DNA of 64,000 bases, taken from positions 32,001 through 96,000 of the IMG/VR virus record IMGVR_UViG_3300013947_000024, one strand, 5' to 3'. Shown one piece after another: positions 21,361 through 29,738 of this stretch. A program made the translations under genes and the position numbers. Positions within the stretch are counted from its first letter, which is position 1; each line of letters opens with the position of its first letter. The notes under the pieces are model-generated. The model was not told the origin of the DNA. It did no database searches and saw only the letters and a list, made by a program, of their open reading frames with translations. The stretch is from a virus (Duplodnaviria; Caudoviricetes).

Positions 21361-21478
21361 TAAGCGACCGATAACCACGGTTATTGTGTCTTCTACAAAA
21401 TTAACAATTGAATATTGGTAACATCACTCTGAAAGCAAGTGTAAAAAAACTTATATAGAAGTAAGAGGAGGTGTTACA

Positions 21479-22585
21479 ATGGAAAAAGCATACAAGTTAA
21501 GAATCTATCCAAACAAACAACAACGGATTCTTTTAGCTAAAACATTTGGATGCGCCAGATTTGTGTATAATCACTATCTCAACAAGAAGATTGATTTATA
21601 CAAAGAGTCTGGCGAATCAATAAGTAATAACGAATGTTCGAGAGATTTAACACTCTTAAAACAGGAGTTAGAATGGCTACAAGAACCTGACAAGTGCGCT
21701 CTTCAAAACGCTCTAAAAGATTTGGATGCTTCGTATAAAAACTTCTTCAAGAATCCATCTCATTTTGGATTCCCAAGGTTTAAGTCGAGGCATGACAATC
21801 ATAGAGCGTATAGAACGAGCTTCTCCAACGGCAACATTGCAATCGCTGGAAATCATATCAAACTTCCTAAACTCGGACAAGTAAAAATCAGAGATAAGTA
21901 TCTTGTTCAAGGAAGAATTTTGAATGTGACAGTATCGCAAGCGCCGAGCGGGAAATATTTCGCCTCTGTTTGTTGTACGGATATTCCGCAAATAGATCTG
22001 CCGAAGACTGGCTCTGCTATCGGAATTGATGTTGGATTAAAGGAATTCTTAATTACAAGCAACGGCGACAAGGTTGCTAATCCAAGATATTTGAGCAAAT
22101 CCTTAGAAAAACTTGCAAGACTTCAAAGAGAGCTTTCGCGAAAACCAAACGGAAGCAATCGGAGAAATAAGGCAAGAATCAAGGTGGCGCGTCAATATGA
22201 AAAGATTAGCAATCAACGAAAAGACTTCTTAAATAAACTCACAACGAACCTTATTAAAGAGAATGACATCATCTGCGTTGAGGATTTACGGGTTGAGAAT
22301 ATGGTTAAGAACCATAAGCTCGCAAGGTCTATTTCAGATGCGTCGTGGGGTGAGTTTAGACGGCAACTTGAATATAAGGCAAGATGGTACGGAAAGAGAA
22401 TTTCTGCGATAGATTCTTTCTTCCCATCAAGTCAGACTTGTAGTTGCTGTGGATTTAAGAATGTAGGGACAAAAGACTTGTCCGTAAGAGAATGGGTGTG
22501 TCCACAATGCAATACGAAGCACGATAGAGACATCAATGCGGCTATCAACATTCTCAACGAAGGATTAAGACTTGTTACTGCATAA
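21479..22585 (+). CDS. tnpB: TnpB RNA-guided endonuclease (IS605 OrfB)
   Basis: N-terminal [11 protein letters not shown]...[10 protein letters not shown]; RuvC residues GIDVG, VEDL, DRDINAA; zinc ribbon CSCC...CPQC; AGGAGG RBS. Confidence 0.95.
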   Translation: MEKAYKLRIYPNKQQRILLAKTFGCARFVYNHYLNKKIDLYKESGESISNNECSRDLTLLKQELEWLQEPDKCALQNALKDLDASYKNFFKNPSHFGFPRFKSRHDNHRAYRTSFSNGNIAIAGNHIKLPKLGQVKIRDKYLVQGRILNVTVSQAPSGKYFASVCCTDIPQIDLPKTGSAIGIDVGLKEFLITSNGDKVANPRYLSKSLEKLARLQRELSRKPNGSNRRNKARIKVARQYEKISNQRKDFLNKLTTNLIKENDIICVEDLRVENMVKNHKLARSISDASWGEFRRQLEYKARWYGKRISAIDSFFPSSQTCSCCGFKNVGTKDLSVREWVCPQCNTKHDRDINAAINILNEGLRLVTA

Positions 22586-22612
22586 ATTGTTAATAATGTA
22601 GAATATACAATA

Positions 22613-22703
22613 ACCGCTGGAACGGCGGGGATAGCTCGGTAAATATCCCGACAGTAGTCGGGAGTTCCCGAGAACCCTGCGACTTTAGTCGCAGGAGGTT
22701 CAG
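22613..22703 (+). ncRNA. TnpB omegaRNA scaffold of the IStron
   Basis: Stem CCGCT-GGAAC-GGCGG whose loop can pair with the terminal GTTC; RE hairpin; predicted guide is the exon 2 start TCTTGGAAGATTAAAG. Confidence 0.8.
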
Positions 22704-24017
22704 TCTTGGAAGATTAAAGACTCGACTTCTTCTGTCTCTATCTATTACGCAGACAACGGGGTACACACTGGCGCCTTGGTACAGAATGGGCACGCAAGCC
22801 TGACATACTCCGATGCGACTAACACCTCCTCTATTATCGTCGGAGATGGTATTGTTTCTCTTTCTTATCAGCCAACAACTGCTGGCGAACAAGCTACCGC
22901 TCTTGTAATCTCCGAAGAGGGCGCGAAGATTAACGGGCAGAAAATCGTCGTTGCTAATGAGATTACAGGCATTCCTTCTCATATCAACATTATTGCTCCC
23001 GAAGGCGCTACAAGTGGCACTCTTGAAACTGTTCAACTCGAAATTCTTCAAGCCAACCTTAGCAACTTTATCGTATTCGCGCATAAGGAATATCACCTTA
23101 ATGCAGACGGTCTCGTAGAAGGGTATCTCACCTATACCTATGGCGGTTATGAAAACAATAAACACATCACGGAATCTATTACTGTTACGGTAAACACAAG
23201 AGCGTGGGTACTTAATAGAGGGCAACTGGTCACTACTACCGATTATGCTAACGGTAGCGTGTCTGGCGTTGTGAATGTTGACGAAGATTTCAGCAAGGGT
23301 CTTCAGGTGTCAAGCACTGGTAATCTTGGCATTTACAGAGCACTTGATACTGATATTTCGTCTCGTACGACCCTTCGTCCTATCACCCCTCTTAATCTTA
23401 ATACGGCTGTTCTTGCGGCTCTTACAGACGCAAACAAGGTAGCGCCTAACGACACGCAGAAAACTGCTTTTAAGACTGCATGGGGTATTACAAGCGCTAA
23501 CGGCACGCGAGTAATCTTTGCCGCTGACGAACCCGCTACTGGAGATTATTCAGAGGGCGATGTGCTTATCAACACCTCAGATGAGTGCTTCTATTGCTTG
23601 CAGAATGGCGCATGGACAAAGCAGGATTCGTTCGGCAAGCCTTCTTGGCATACAACCGCTCCCGCAGATACCTCAAAGGTTCTTCGTACAGAGATCACAT
23701 GGACGAAGGCTATCCAATACAAGAGTGGGTCTCAAGACACGGTTGAATGCCACTTCTTAAGCTCTGGTGATGGCTATGCGAGGTTCGATACCAACGCAAG
23801 CGGAGAGAAACTCTTGCAGGGTTGTACAAACTGGACAGTCAGCGGTTCTTCTAATGGCACGGACGAAGACGGAACAGCCGTAATTATCAACGGAGTTATG
23901 TTCCACGATGTAGATACCGATATTGCGAAGTTTATTGTATACAGATTTTCTGATAGCTCGTCTCTGTTCGGTATGCACTTTGTGCCTACAGACGCTACAT
24001 TCAGATACTTGTACTAA
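22704..24017 (+). CDS. Tail fibre-like protein, exon 2
   Basis: Open from 22704 (SWKIKDSTSS...) in frame with the ORF at 22776; spliced product ~638 aa; C-terminal SWHTTAPADTSKVL..FRYLY paralogous to the 8490 protein. Confidence 0.8.
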   Translation, partial: SWKIKDSTSSVSIYYADNGVHTGALVQNGHASLTYSDATNTSSIIVGDGIVSLSYQPTTAGEQATALVISEEGAKINGQKIVVANEITGIPSHINIIAPEGATSGTLETVQLEILQANLSNFIVFAHKEYHLNADGLVEGYLTYTYGGYENNKHITESITVTVNTRAWVLNRGQLVTTTDYANGSVSGVVNVDEDFSKGLQVSSTGNLGIYRALDTDISSRTTLRPITPLNLNTAVLAALTDANKVAPNDTQKTAFKTAWGITSANGTRVIFAADEPATGDYSEGDVLINTSDECFYCLQNGAWTKQDSFGKPSWHTTAPADTSKVLRTEITWTKAIQYKSGSQDTVECHFLSSGDGYARFDTNASGEKLLQGCTNWTVSGSSNGTDEDGTAVIINGVMFHDVDTDIAKFIVYRFSDSSSLFGMHFVPTDATFRYLY

Positions 24018-24059
24018 GGCGGAAAATTGAATAAACACAGGCGGATTGCTGAATTAGAG

Positions 24060-24075
24060 CAACAAAATCTAATAG
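24060..24075 (+). promoter_or_regulatory. Candidate late-promoter motif, copy 2
   Basis: CAACAAAATCTAATAG, lying between inverted arms AGGCGGATTGC / GCAATCCGCCT. Confidence 0.6.
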
Positions 24076-24122
24076 GCAATCCGCCTTAATTATGTATTTT
24101 TATGCAAAGGAAATGAATATTT

Positions 24123-26105
24123 ATGCGCATCAGATTAACAGAAACATACCGTTTACACAAGGATATCGGCGAGAAAGACAATCATGGAAACCAACTGACC
24201 AAAGAACAGAAGATCTTTTTCAAGAATAGCAAGGTTCGCGATCAAGATGGCAGACTTCTTGTATGTTATCACAATACAAACGCGGACTTTCAAACATTTG
24301 ATACGCAGAAACAGGGAAGTCGTTTTACTGGTAATCTTGGCAACGGATTTTATTTCACGCCATATAAAGATCAGGCGGATTATTATGGTGGGAAATATAC
24401 GATGGAGGTATATCTTCTCGCCACCAATCTGTTTGACACCAACAGCCAAGAAGATATGGAAAATTTGCTTAGAAAAAATCAAATTGTGTATGATAAAAAA
24501 GCGGTACGCGATGCTATGCAAAAGGGCATGGCAACAAGAAATATTTTGCAGTCTGTCGCAGACTATCGCACGCACACGGGCAACATCAACGACGATTTTA
24601 TCGAGCTAATCATGCGTGCTGGATATGACGGTGTTGTAAATGGCGTAATAGGCACTAATGAAGAATATATGGTTTTTGAACCAAATCAGATTAAATCCAT
24701 ATCAAACACAAACCCCACTCATTCTGACAATATAAACGAATATTTTGGATCGTTGAAAGAATCCTATCTTAACGAAGACATTGACGGAATGAGAAAGTTC
24801 TATCCCAATATCGAAGACGATGCCTTTATGACGTTCATAGAGCTTGACCCTACATATACGAATGGTTCTACAAACGCAGGAAAATACGCCCGTTGGATTC
24901 TTGGGCTCGCCAACAAGGGAATGGGAAAGATTGAAAATATTTCGCACCTTTCTGACGCTCTTCGTAGATTTGACGAAGTTCGTAACGACCTCATCAACAA
25001 AGACGTTATGAGATACAAGAGCGTACAGGAGCTTGAGGACGCACTTAACGCGCCCGAATCATACGCGGAGAAATCTCATAGACAAGAGGTTCGTGGTAGA
25101 CAACAGGCTCGTAAAGAAGCCGATATTACCAAAGACGCTGATATTGTATATCAGGATGCTACATGGACTGTGTATGTACCAAAAACCTATGCGGCTTCTT
25201 GCAAGCTCGGTCAGGGGTCTAAATGGTGTACAGCAAGTACAGAAAGCGATTATTATTACAATTACTACCTTTCTGCATACCCCGACTCCAAATACTACAT
25301 CGTTATCAATAACTCTAACCCAGATGAGAAATATCAACTCCATTTTGAAAGCGGTCAGTTCATGGATAAAGATGATGAGCGCATTCACGGAGGAATTGAC
25401 GCATTTAAGGAATATAAGGGGCTGTATGAATTCTTGAAGGGATTGCAGGCATCTCTGTTCTTGAATCAAATCGGAGTCTCAGCAGAGGAAAAAGAATACG
25501 AAGTGAAGATTACTCACGCGGATTTAGCAGAAGCGCTTAGCGACAACTATAGTCGCGACGCGCTCGGAGCAGATGCCATTCGCAACATACTGGATGGGAA
25601 TGCGTGGGACTTGTTTGATGGGTTTAGCAATTTACCCAGAGACGAAATACAGTCCGTATACGACTACGAGATTAGCTCTGAAAATCTGCAAAAAATCGAA
25701 GAGCTTGGAGCAACAGAAGAGTCTATCTTTGACGATAGGGATGATGTGTATTATGCCATTGGTGGCGCCCTTGCTGATGCTTTGCTTGACAACGCGGTAT
25801 CCAACATCGAACGATCGGTGGAAAGTGGGATAGAGGAGGCAATGCCAGCATGGGCACATATCGACGATATTGGGTTTGGATACAAGAAGTCCACATTCAC
25901 AGTCGACACACAAACCTTCAAGGATGCTGTTTCAGACATCATGAACAACTATGACACTGATGCAATGGGGTCTTTAGAGGAAGTACTTCAAAATGTCATT
26001 GACAACAATAGCAACGGAATTTACTACGAAGATGACTATGACTACGACAAAGACACATTTAACGCATTGCTCGCTGACAACCTTTCGGAATTAAAACCAC
26101 AGTAA
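24123..26105 (+). CDS. Multidomain protein: N-terminal ADP-ribosyltransferase-like (ART-PolyVal-type) domain plus a WCTA-motif domain
   Basis: FFKNSKVRD..GRLLVCYH.T..F..FD...GNGFYFT...YG...VYL...GYDGV...EYMVFEPNQIKS; linker NINE..LKES.LNED. Confidence 0.7.
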   Translation: MRIRLTETYRLHKDIGEKDNHGNQLTKEQKIFFKNSKVRDQDGRLLVCYHNTNADFQTFDTQKQGSRFTGNLGNGFYFTPYKDQADYYGGKYTMEVYLLATNLFDTNSQEDMENLLRKNQIVYDKKAVRDAMQKGMATRNILQSVADYRTHTGNINDDFIELIMRAGYDGVVNGVIGTNEEYMVFEPNQIKSISNTNPTHSDNINEYFGSLKESYLNEDIDGMRKFYPNIEDDAFMTFIELDPTYTNGSTNAGKYARWILGLANKGMGKIENISHLSDALRRFDEVRNDLINKDVMRYKSVQELEDALNAPESYAEKSHRQEVRGRQQARKEADITKDADIVYQDATWTVYVPKTYAASCKLGQGSKWCTASTESDYYYNYYLSAYPDSKYYIVINNSNPDEKYQLHFESGQFMDKDDERIHGGIDAFKEYKGLYEFLKGLQASLFLNQIGVSAEEKEYEVKITHADLAEALSDNYSRDALGADAIRNILDGNAWDLFDGFSNLPRDEIQSVYDYEISSENLQKIEELGATEESIFDDRDDVYYAIGGALADALLDNAVSNIERSVESGIEEAMPAWAHIDDIGFGYKKSTFTVDTQTFKDAVSDIMNNYDTDAMGSLEEVLQNVIDNNSNGIYYEDDYDYDKDTFNALLADNLSELKPQ

Positions 26106-26114
26106 TTTTAACAC

Positions 26115-26150
26115 AAAGACAGTATGGATTTTCTGTACTGTCTTTTCTTT
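26115..26150 (+). terminator. Intrinsic terminator
   Basis: Stem AAAGACAGTA / TACTGTCTTT followed by a T-rich tail. Confidence 0.65.
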
Positions 26151-26800
26151 GTGCTATTTCACACACGCACATTATGGTTGAATGCTCGCCAGACCCACCA
26201 GAATTCGCCACACTGCACGATAATGATGTTGGAGCAATAATCGGAGGGTGAAATGTTTCCGTCGATTTTAGGCATATTCTCGCGCCTTGTGGAGCGTTGT
26301 GCTGTTTTGGCATTAGCAACGAGATGGTTAGTGTGGCTATCCACCTGCGTGATTACAGAAATGAAACGGCGTAGAAGCCGTCAGAATTGCCTACAACGCG
26401 TTTTGCTAATCACACCCTCCAATTACACACCACAAATCCATTCGTCGATTCTGCGCATATTCTCGTGGTTCACAGAGCCATATTACACCCGTTTGGGTAC
26501 GAACACACGCATAGGAAGACGAAAGAATACCCGAAGAGGTGTAATTGGTAAAATATGGAAGCGCGCATTTTCATTGACGCATACCAACCGCTAACGCGGA
26601 GCCCGTACACCGAAAAGGAGGATTAGGAGGATAAGCCTTGTTCTCTCTTTTCTTGCGTAGGAGTAAGAATAAGCCTTAAAAGATTTTGATTAAAAATATC
26701 TATCCGTAACAGAAAAAAGAAATAAGATTAAATACCTTAAAATATGGATTAAATATCTATTTCTTAAAACTTGTTTGTTTGTAACTTCTTTTTTAGCTTT

Positions 26801-26910
26801 TAGGAGTTGAATATTATGAGATATTACGAAGTAATATCGAATAATATGAAAACTCCTATCTATGGAATAATATGAGATATACTTTAGTATATCGAATATT
26901 ATGGAATAGA
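26801..26910. repeat. Two tandem AT-rich palindromic units
   Basis: GAATATTATGAGATATTACGAAGTAATATCGAATAATATG (26809) and GAATAATATGAGATATACTTTAGTATATCGAATATTATG (26865). Confidence 0.75.
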
Positions 26911-27137
26911 TATTTTTGATATTTTAATTTCTTTGTACTCCGTATAGATTATATTATACTTACTAAAGAGAGTAAGAGGTAAAGATTATATATACTAACG
27001 TATATTTATATCTCACTTAATACAGAGTAATTAACGTATATCGCACGCACGCGTATTTACGCGCATGACCCGTCTAACACTTCGTCTCCTTTTGATACGG
27101 AGAAAATGAGCAAAATACACGAAATGCTCTCCAACCA

Positions 27138-27153
27138 CGACTAAATCTAATAG
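27138..27153 (+). promoter_or_regulatory. Candidate late-promoter motif, copy 3
   Basis: CGACTAAATCTAATAG upstream of terminase. Confidence 0.6.
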
Positions 27154-27290
27154 TGGCTCTTTACGAGTCAAACAACCAAGAAGCGCGCATTGCACGGTCT
27201 GGAAATCATACAGCCTCCCCTTACCCGCCTTCTTGTTGTAATACACAGGATCGCGGGTTTTTCTTATTCCAGAGGAAAGGAGGAAACAAA

Positions 27291-29723
27291 GTGGAGAATC
27301 TCCCAAAGGAATTACAAGGACTATCGGAAGAAGAATTAAGAGTAGCCAAAGAAATTCTCTCCCAACTTGCTACAGAGGGAAAATCAGAAAAGTTAGATGA
27401 CCTTAAATATGCAGACTATGCAGAGATACCAGTGGATATTGAGACATTTTTGCACGAAAGACAGTATCTTGGCAATGCTCTATACGATCAAGACGGACGA
27501 TTTACCTTGTTCCCCTATTGGGAAGAGAAATTAAAGGAAATCTTTCCAACGAATACGGAAACAGCCTATAATACTGTTATTTTTACAGGCGCTATCGGAC
27601 TTGGAAAGTCGACCATAGCCGTTATCTGTCTTTTGTATATGCTATATCGGCTACTTTGCTTAAAAGACCCATACTTACACTTTGGCTTGCAACCAGTCGA
27701 TAAGATTACAGTATCTCTGATGAACATCACCATTGAAAACGCCAAAGGCGTTGCTGGTGACAAAATGAATCAAATGATCCTGTCAAGTTCATGGTTTATG
27801 AGCCACGGAGAAATGAATGGGACATCGAACCTGTCATACAAGCCGAACAAGCACATTGAGGTTGTAGCCGCGTCAAGCAATAACCAAGTAATTGGTCGCG
27901 CTATTTATTGCTTAGATGGCGATACTGTTATTTCGACATCTACTGGCTCGTATAAAATCAAAGACCTTGTGTATAAACCAATTCGCGTTTATACCGTCGG
28001 AGAAGATAAAAAACAAACACTTAGTGATATTTGTTGCGTAAAACCAACAATCAGGACAAATTGCGAATGCCGTGTTACTTTGGAAGATGGCACTGTAATT
28101 AGGTGCACCGCGAATCATAGACTAATGCTCCATGACGGTGCATACAAGGAAGCATTCACATTGCATAGCGGAGATCGTCTGTATAGTGTTGGTTTTAATT
28201 CGATGGTCGTTAAATCGGTAGATACTGTGAAATTGTATGAAAAGAAGCAGTTTTATGATGTGGTAGAGTGCAATCCGAATCATAATTTCATTATTAAGAC
28301 GATCACGGGAGAAATCGTCTCGCATAACTGCAACTTTAGTGATGAGGTCAACTGGGGAATTACCAACGACACAGAGAAGCTAAAGAAGAAGTATAAACAA
28401 CTTATTGCGCAGATTGACGCTCGTATGAAGTCTCGTTTCTTGCGAGGGACATATCTACCGACAATGAATATCATTGCGTCTTCAAAGAACAACGAACAAT
28501 CGTTCTTGGACGAATATATCAACCTAAAAAAGAAAAACGAGTCAAAGAATACTCTTATTGTTGATGAGCCACAGTGGGTGGTTGATAATCGAAAAGACAC
28601 GAAGGAAAAGTTTTTTGTAGCAATAGGTAATAGATTCCTTGCTAATGAATTGTTGCCAAGAGACGCCTCTGAAATATTGCTTGATGAATATAGAGCTAAG
28701 GGGTATTCAATTCTTAAAGTCCCTATGGGGTATTTGGAAGACTTTCAGCAGAACATAGACCAAGCGCTTATGGATATTGCTGGAATTGCTACGGCAAGTG
28801 CTACAAAATATATTTCTGGCGTCAGATGGAATGAGATTAAGAATGATAAATATCAGAATCCGTTTGTAAAAGAAATTATCGAAGTCGGAACCGCTAAAGA
28901 CGATATTGCACAGTATAGCGATTTCTTCGATATTTCAAGAATTCCACCAGAGATTCGACATAAGCCGATATATCTTCACCTCGACCTATCTGTTAAAGGA
29001 GACAAAACAGGTATAGGTGCAGTTGCCGCAATAGGCAAAAAACCATCGGTTGAAGGTGCTGACGCGTCGAGAGACATGATATACCGCATTGTTTTTAGTG
29101 TGAGCGTGCAGGCACCAAAAGGCTATGAAATCAGCTTTGATAAATCACGCACATTTGTTAGGTGGTTACGGGAAAATGGATTTAACATTAAGGGCGTTTC
29201 ATTCGACTCGTTCGCCTCCCCACAGTTAAAACAGCAGTTAATAGCAGATGGATTTGTGGCGCAAACAATCTCCGTAGATAGACTTGACCCCGAAACAAAG
29301 CAGTGTCTTCCGTATGCTTATTTCAAGTCAACGGTATATGAGAGACGCATTGAGGTCTATGCTGATTGCCCATTCTTAACAGAGGAAGTTTTAGGGCTTG
29401 AAAGAGAACTTGATGGGCATGTAAACCACCCCGATAATGGTAAAAACGGATCGAAAGATGCAATCGACGCAATCGTAGGAGCGCTCTATCATGCCTCTCA
29501 GCACGCTGAAGAATACGCCTATGATTACGGAGAATCAATAGATGTGATGCTGGAGTCAAACCAAGACGAAGGAATCAATCAAGCAAAAGAACAAGCAACA
29601 GTTGATTTTGCACAAGAGCTACAAAAGGTAATTATGCAAAACCGATCTATTTCCACACTACACCAAGAAGAAGCACAACATCAAGACCTACACGACAACG
29701 GGTTCTATGATGTTGTCATCTGA
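27291..29723 (+). CDS. terL: Terminase large subunit with mini-intein
   Basis: Walker A GAIGLGKST; Walker B (AIY-CNFSDEV after splicing); nuclease HLDLS..GD and SKDAIDA; GTG start after AGGAGG; precedes portal. Confidence 0.9.
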   Translation: MENLPKELQGLSEEELRVAKEILSQLATEGKSEKLDDLKYADYAEIPVDIETFLHERQYLGNALYDQDGRFTLFPYWEEKLKEIFPTNTETAYNTVIFTGAIGLGKSTIAVICLLYMLYRLLCLKDPYLHFGLQPVDKITVSLMNITIENAKGVAGDKMNQMILSSSWFMSHGEMNGTSNLSYKPNKHIEVVAASSNNQVIGRAIYCLDGDTVISTSTGSYKIKDLVYKPIRVYTVGEDKKQTLSDICCVKPTIRTNCECRVTLEDGTVIRCTANHRLMLHDGAYKEAFTLHSGDRLYSVGFNSMVVKSVDTVKLYEKKQFYDVVECNPNHNFIIKTITGEIVSHNCNFSDEVNWGITNDTEKLKKKYKQLIAQIDARMKSRFLRGTYLPTMNIIASSKNNEQSFLDEYINLKKKNESKNTLIVDEPQWVVDNRKDTKEKFFVAIGNRFLANELLPRDASEILLDEYRAKGYSILKVPMGYLEDFQQNIDQALMDIAGIATASATKYISGVRWNEIKNDKYQNPFVKEIIEVGTAKDDIAQYSDFFDISRIPPEIRHKPIYLHLDLSVKGDKTGIGAVAAIGKKPSVEGADASRDMIYRIVFSVSVQAPKGYEISFDKSRTFVRWLRENGFNIKGVSFDSFASPQLKQQLIADGFVAQTISVDRLDPETKQCLPYAYFKSTVYERRIEVYADCPFLTEEVLGLERELDGHVNHPDNGKNGSKDAIDAIVGALYHASQHAEEYAYDYGESIDVMLESNQDEGINQAKEQATVDFAQELQKVIMQNRSISTLHQEEAQHQDLHDNGFYDVVI
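27909..28328 (+). mobile_element. Mini-intein (140 aa) in terminase
   Basis: Begins CLDGDT, has block B TANHRL, ends IVSHN followed by Cys+1; no endonuclease domain. Confidence 0.9.
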
Positions 29724-29738
29724 TGAAAGGAATTTTAT

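Larger units (their letters stand above)
20906..22703 (+). mobile_element. IStron: group I intron fused to an IS605-family TnpB element, no TnpA
   Basis: TTGAT target at 20901-20905; LE hairpin TTTTGACTTTAGTCATGA; group I P/Q/R/S motifs; tnpB; RE CCTGCGACTTTAGTCGCAGG-AGGTTCAG ending in G; removal restores the reading frame. Confidence 0.9.

Noticed and set aside
4214-24017. Diversity-generating retroelement acting on fibre tips
   Set aside because: No reverse transcriptase and no near-identical TR/VR pair differing only at adenines was seen; paralogy is old and mainly at protein level. A DGR elsewhere in the genome cannot be excluded.
22776-24017. Independent gene starting at TTG 22776
   Set aside because: No RBS; the frame is open back to the IStron end at 22704, so it is better explained as exon 2.
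26253-26594. 113-aa ORF in the region upstream of terminase (possible small terminase)
   Set aside because: Atypical composition and overlap with the degenerate repeat; no recognisable TerS features. Not called.
26588-26599. 12-bp reverse-complement match (CCGCTAACGCGG) to the mini-IS hairpin
   Set aside because: Short hairpin with none of the other omegaRNA elements around it; likely chance.
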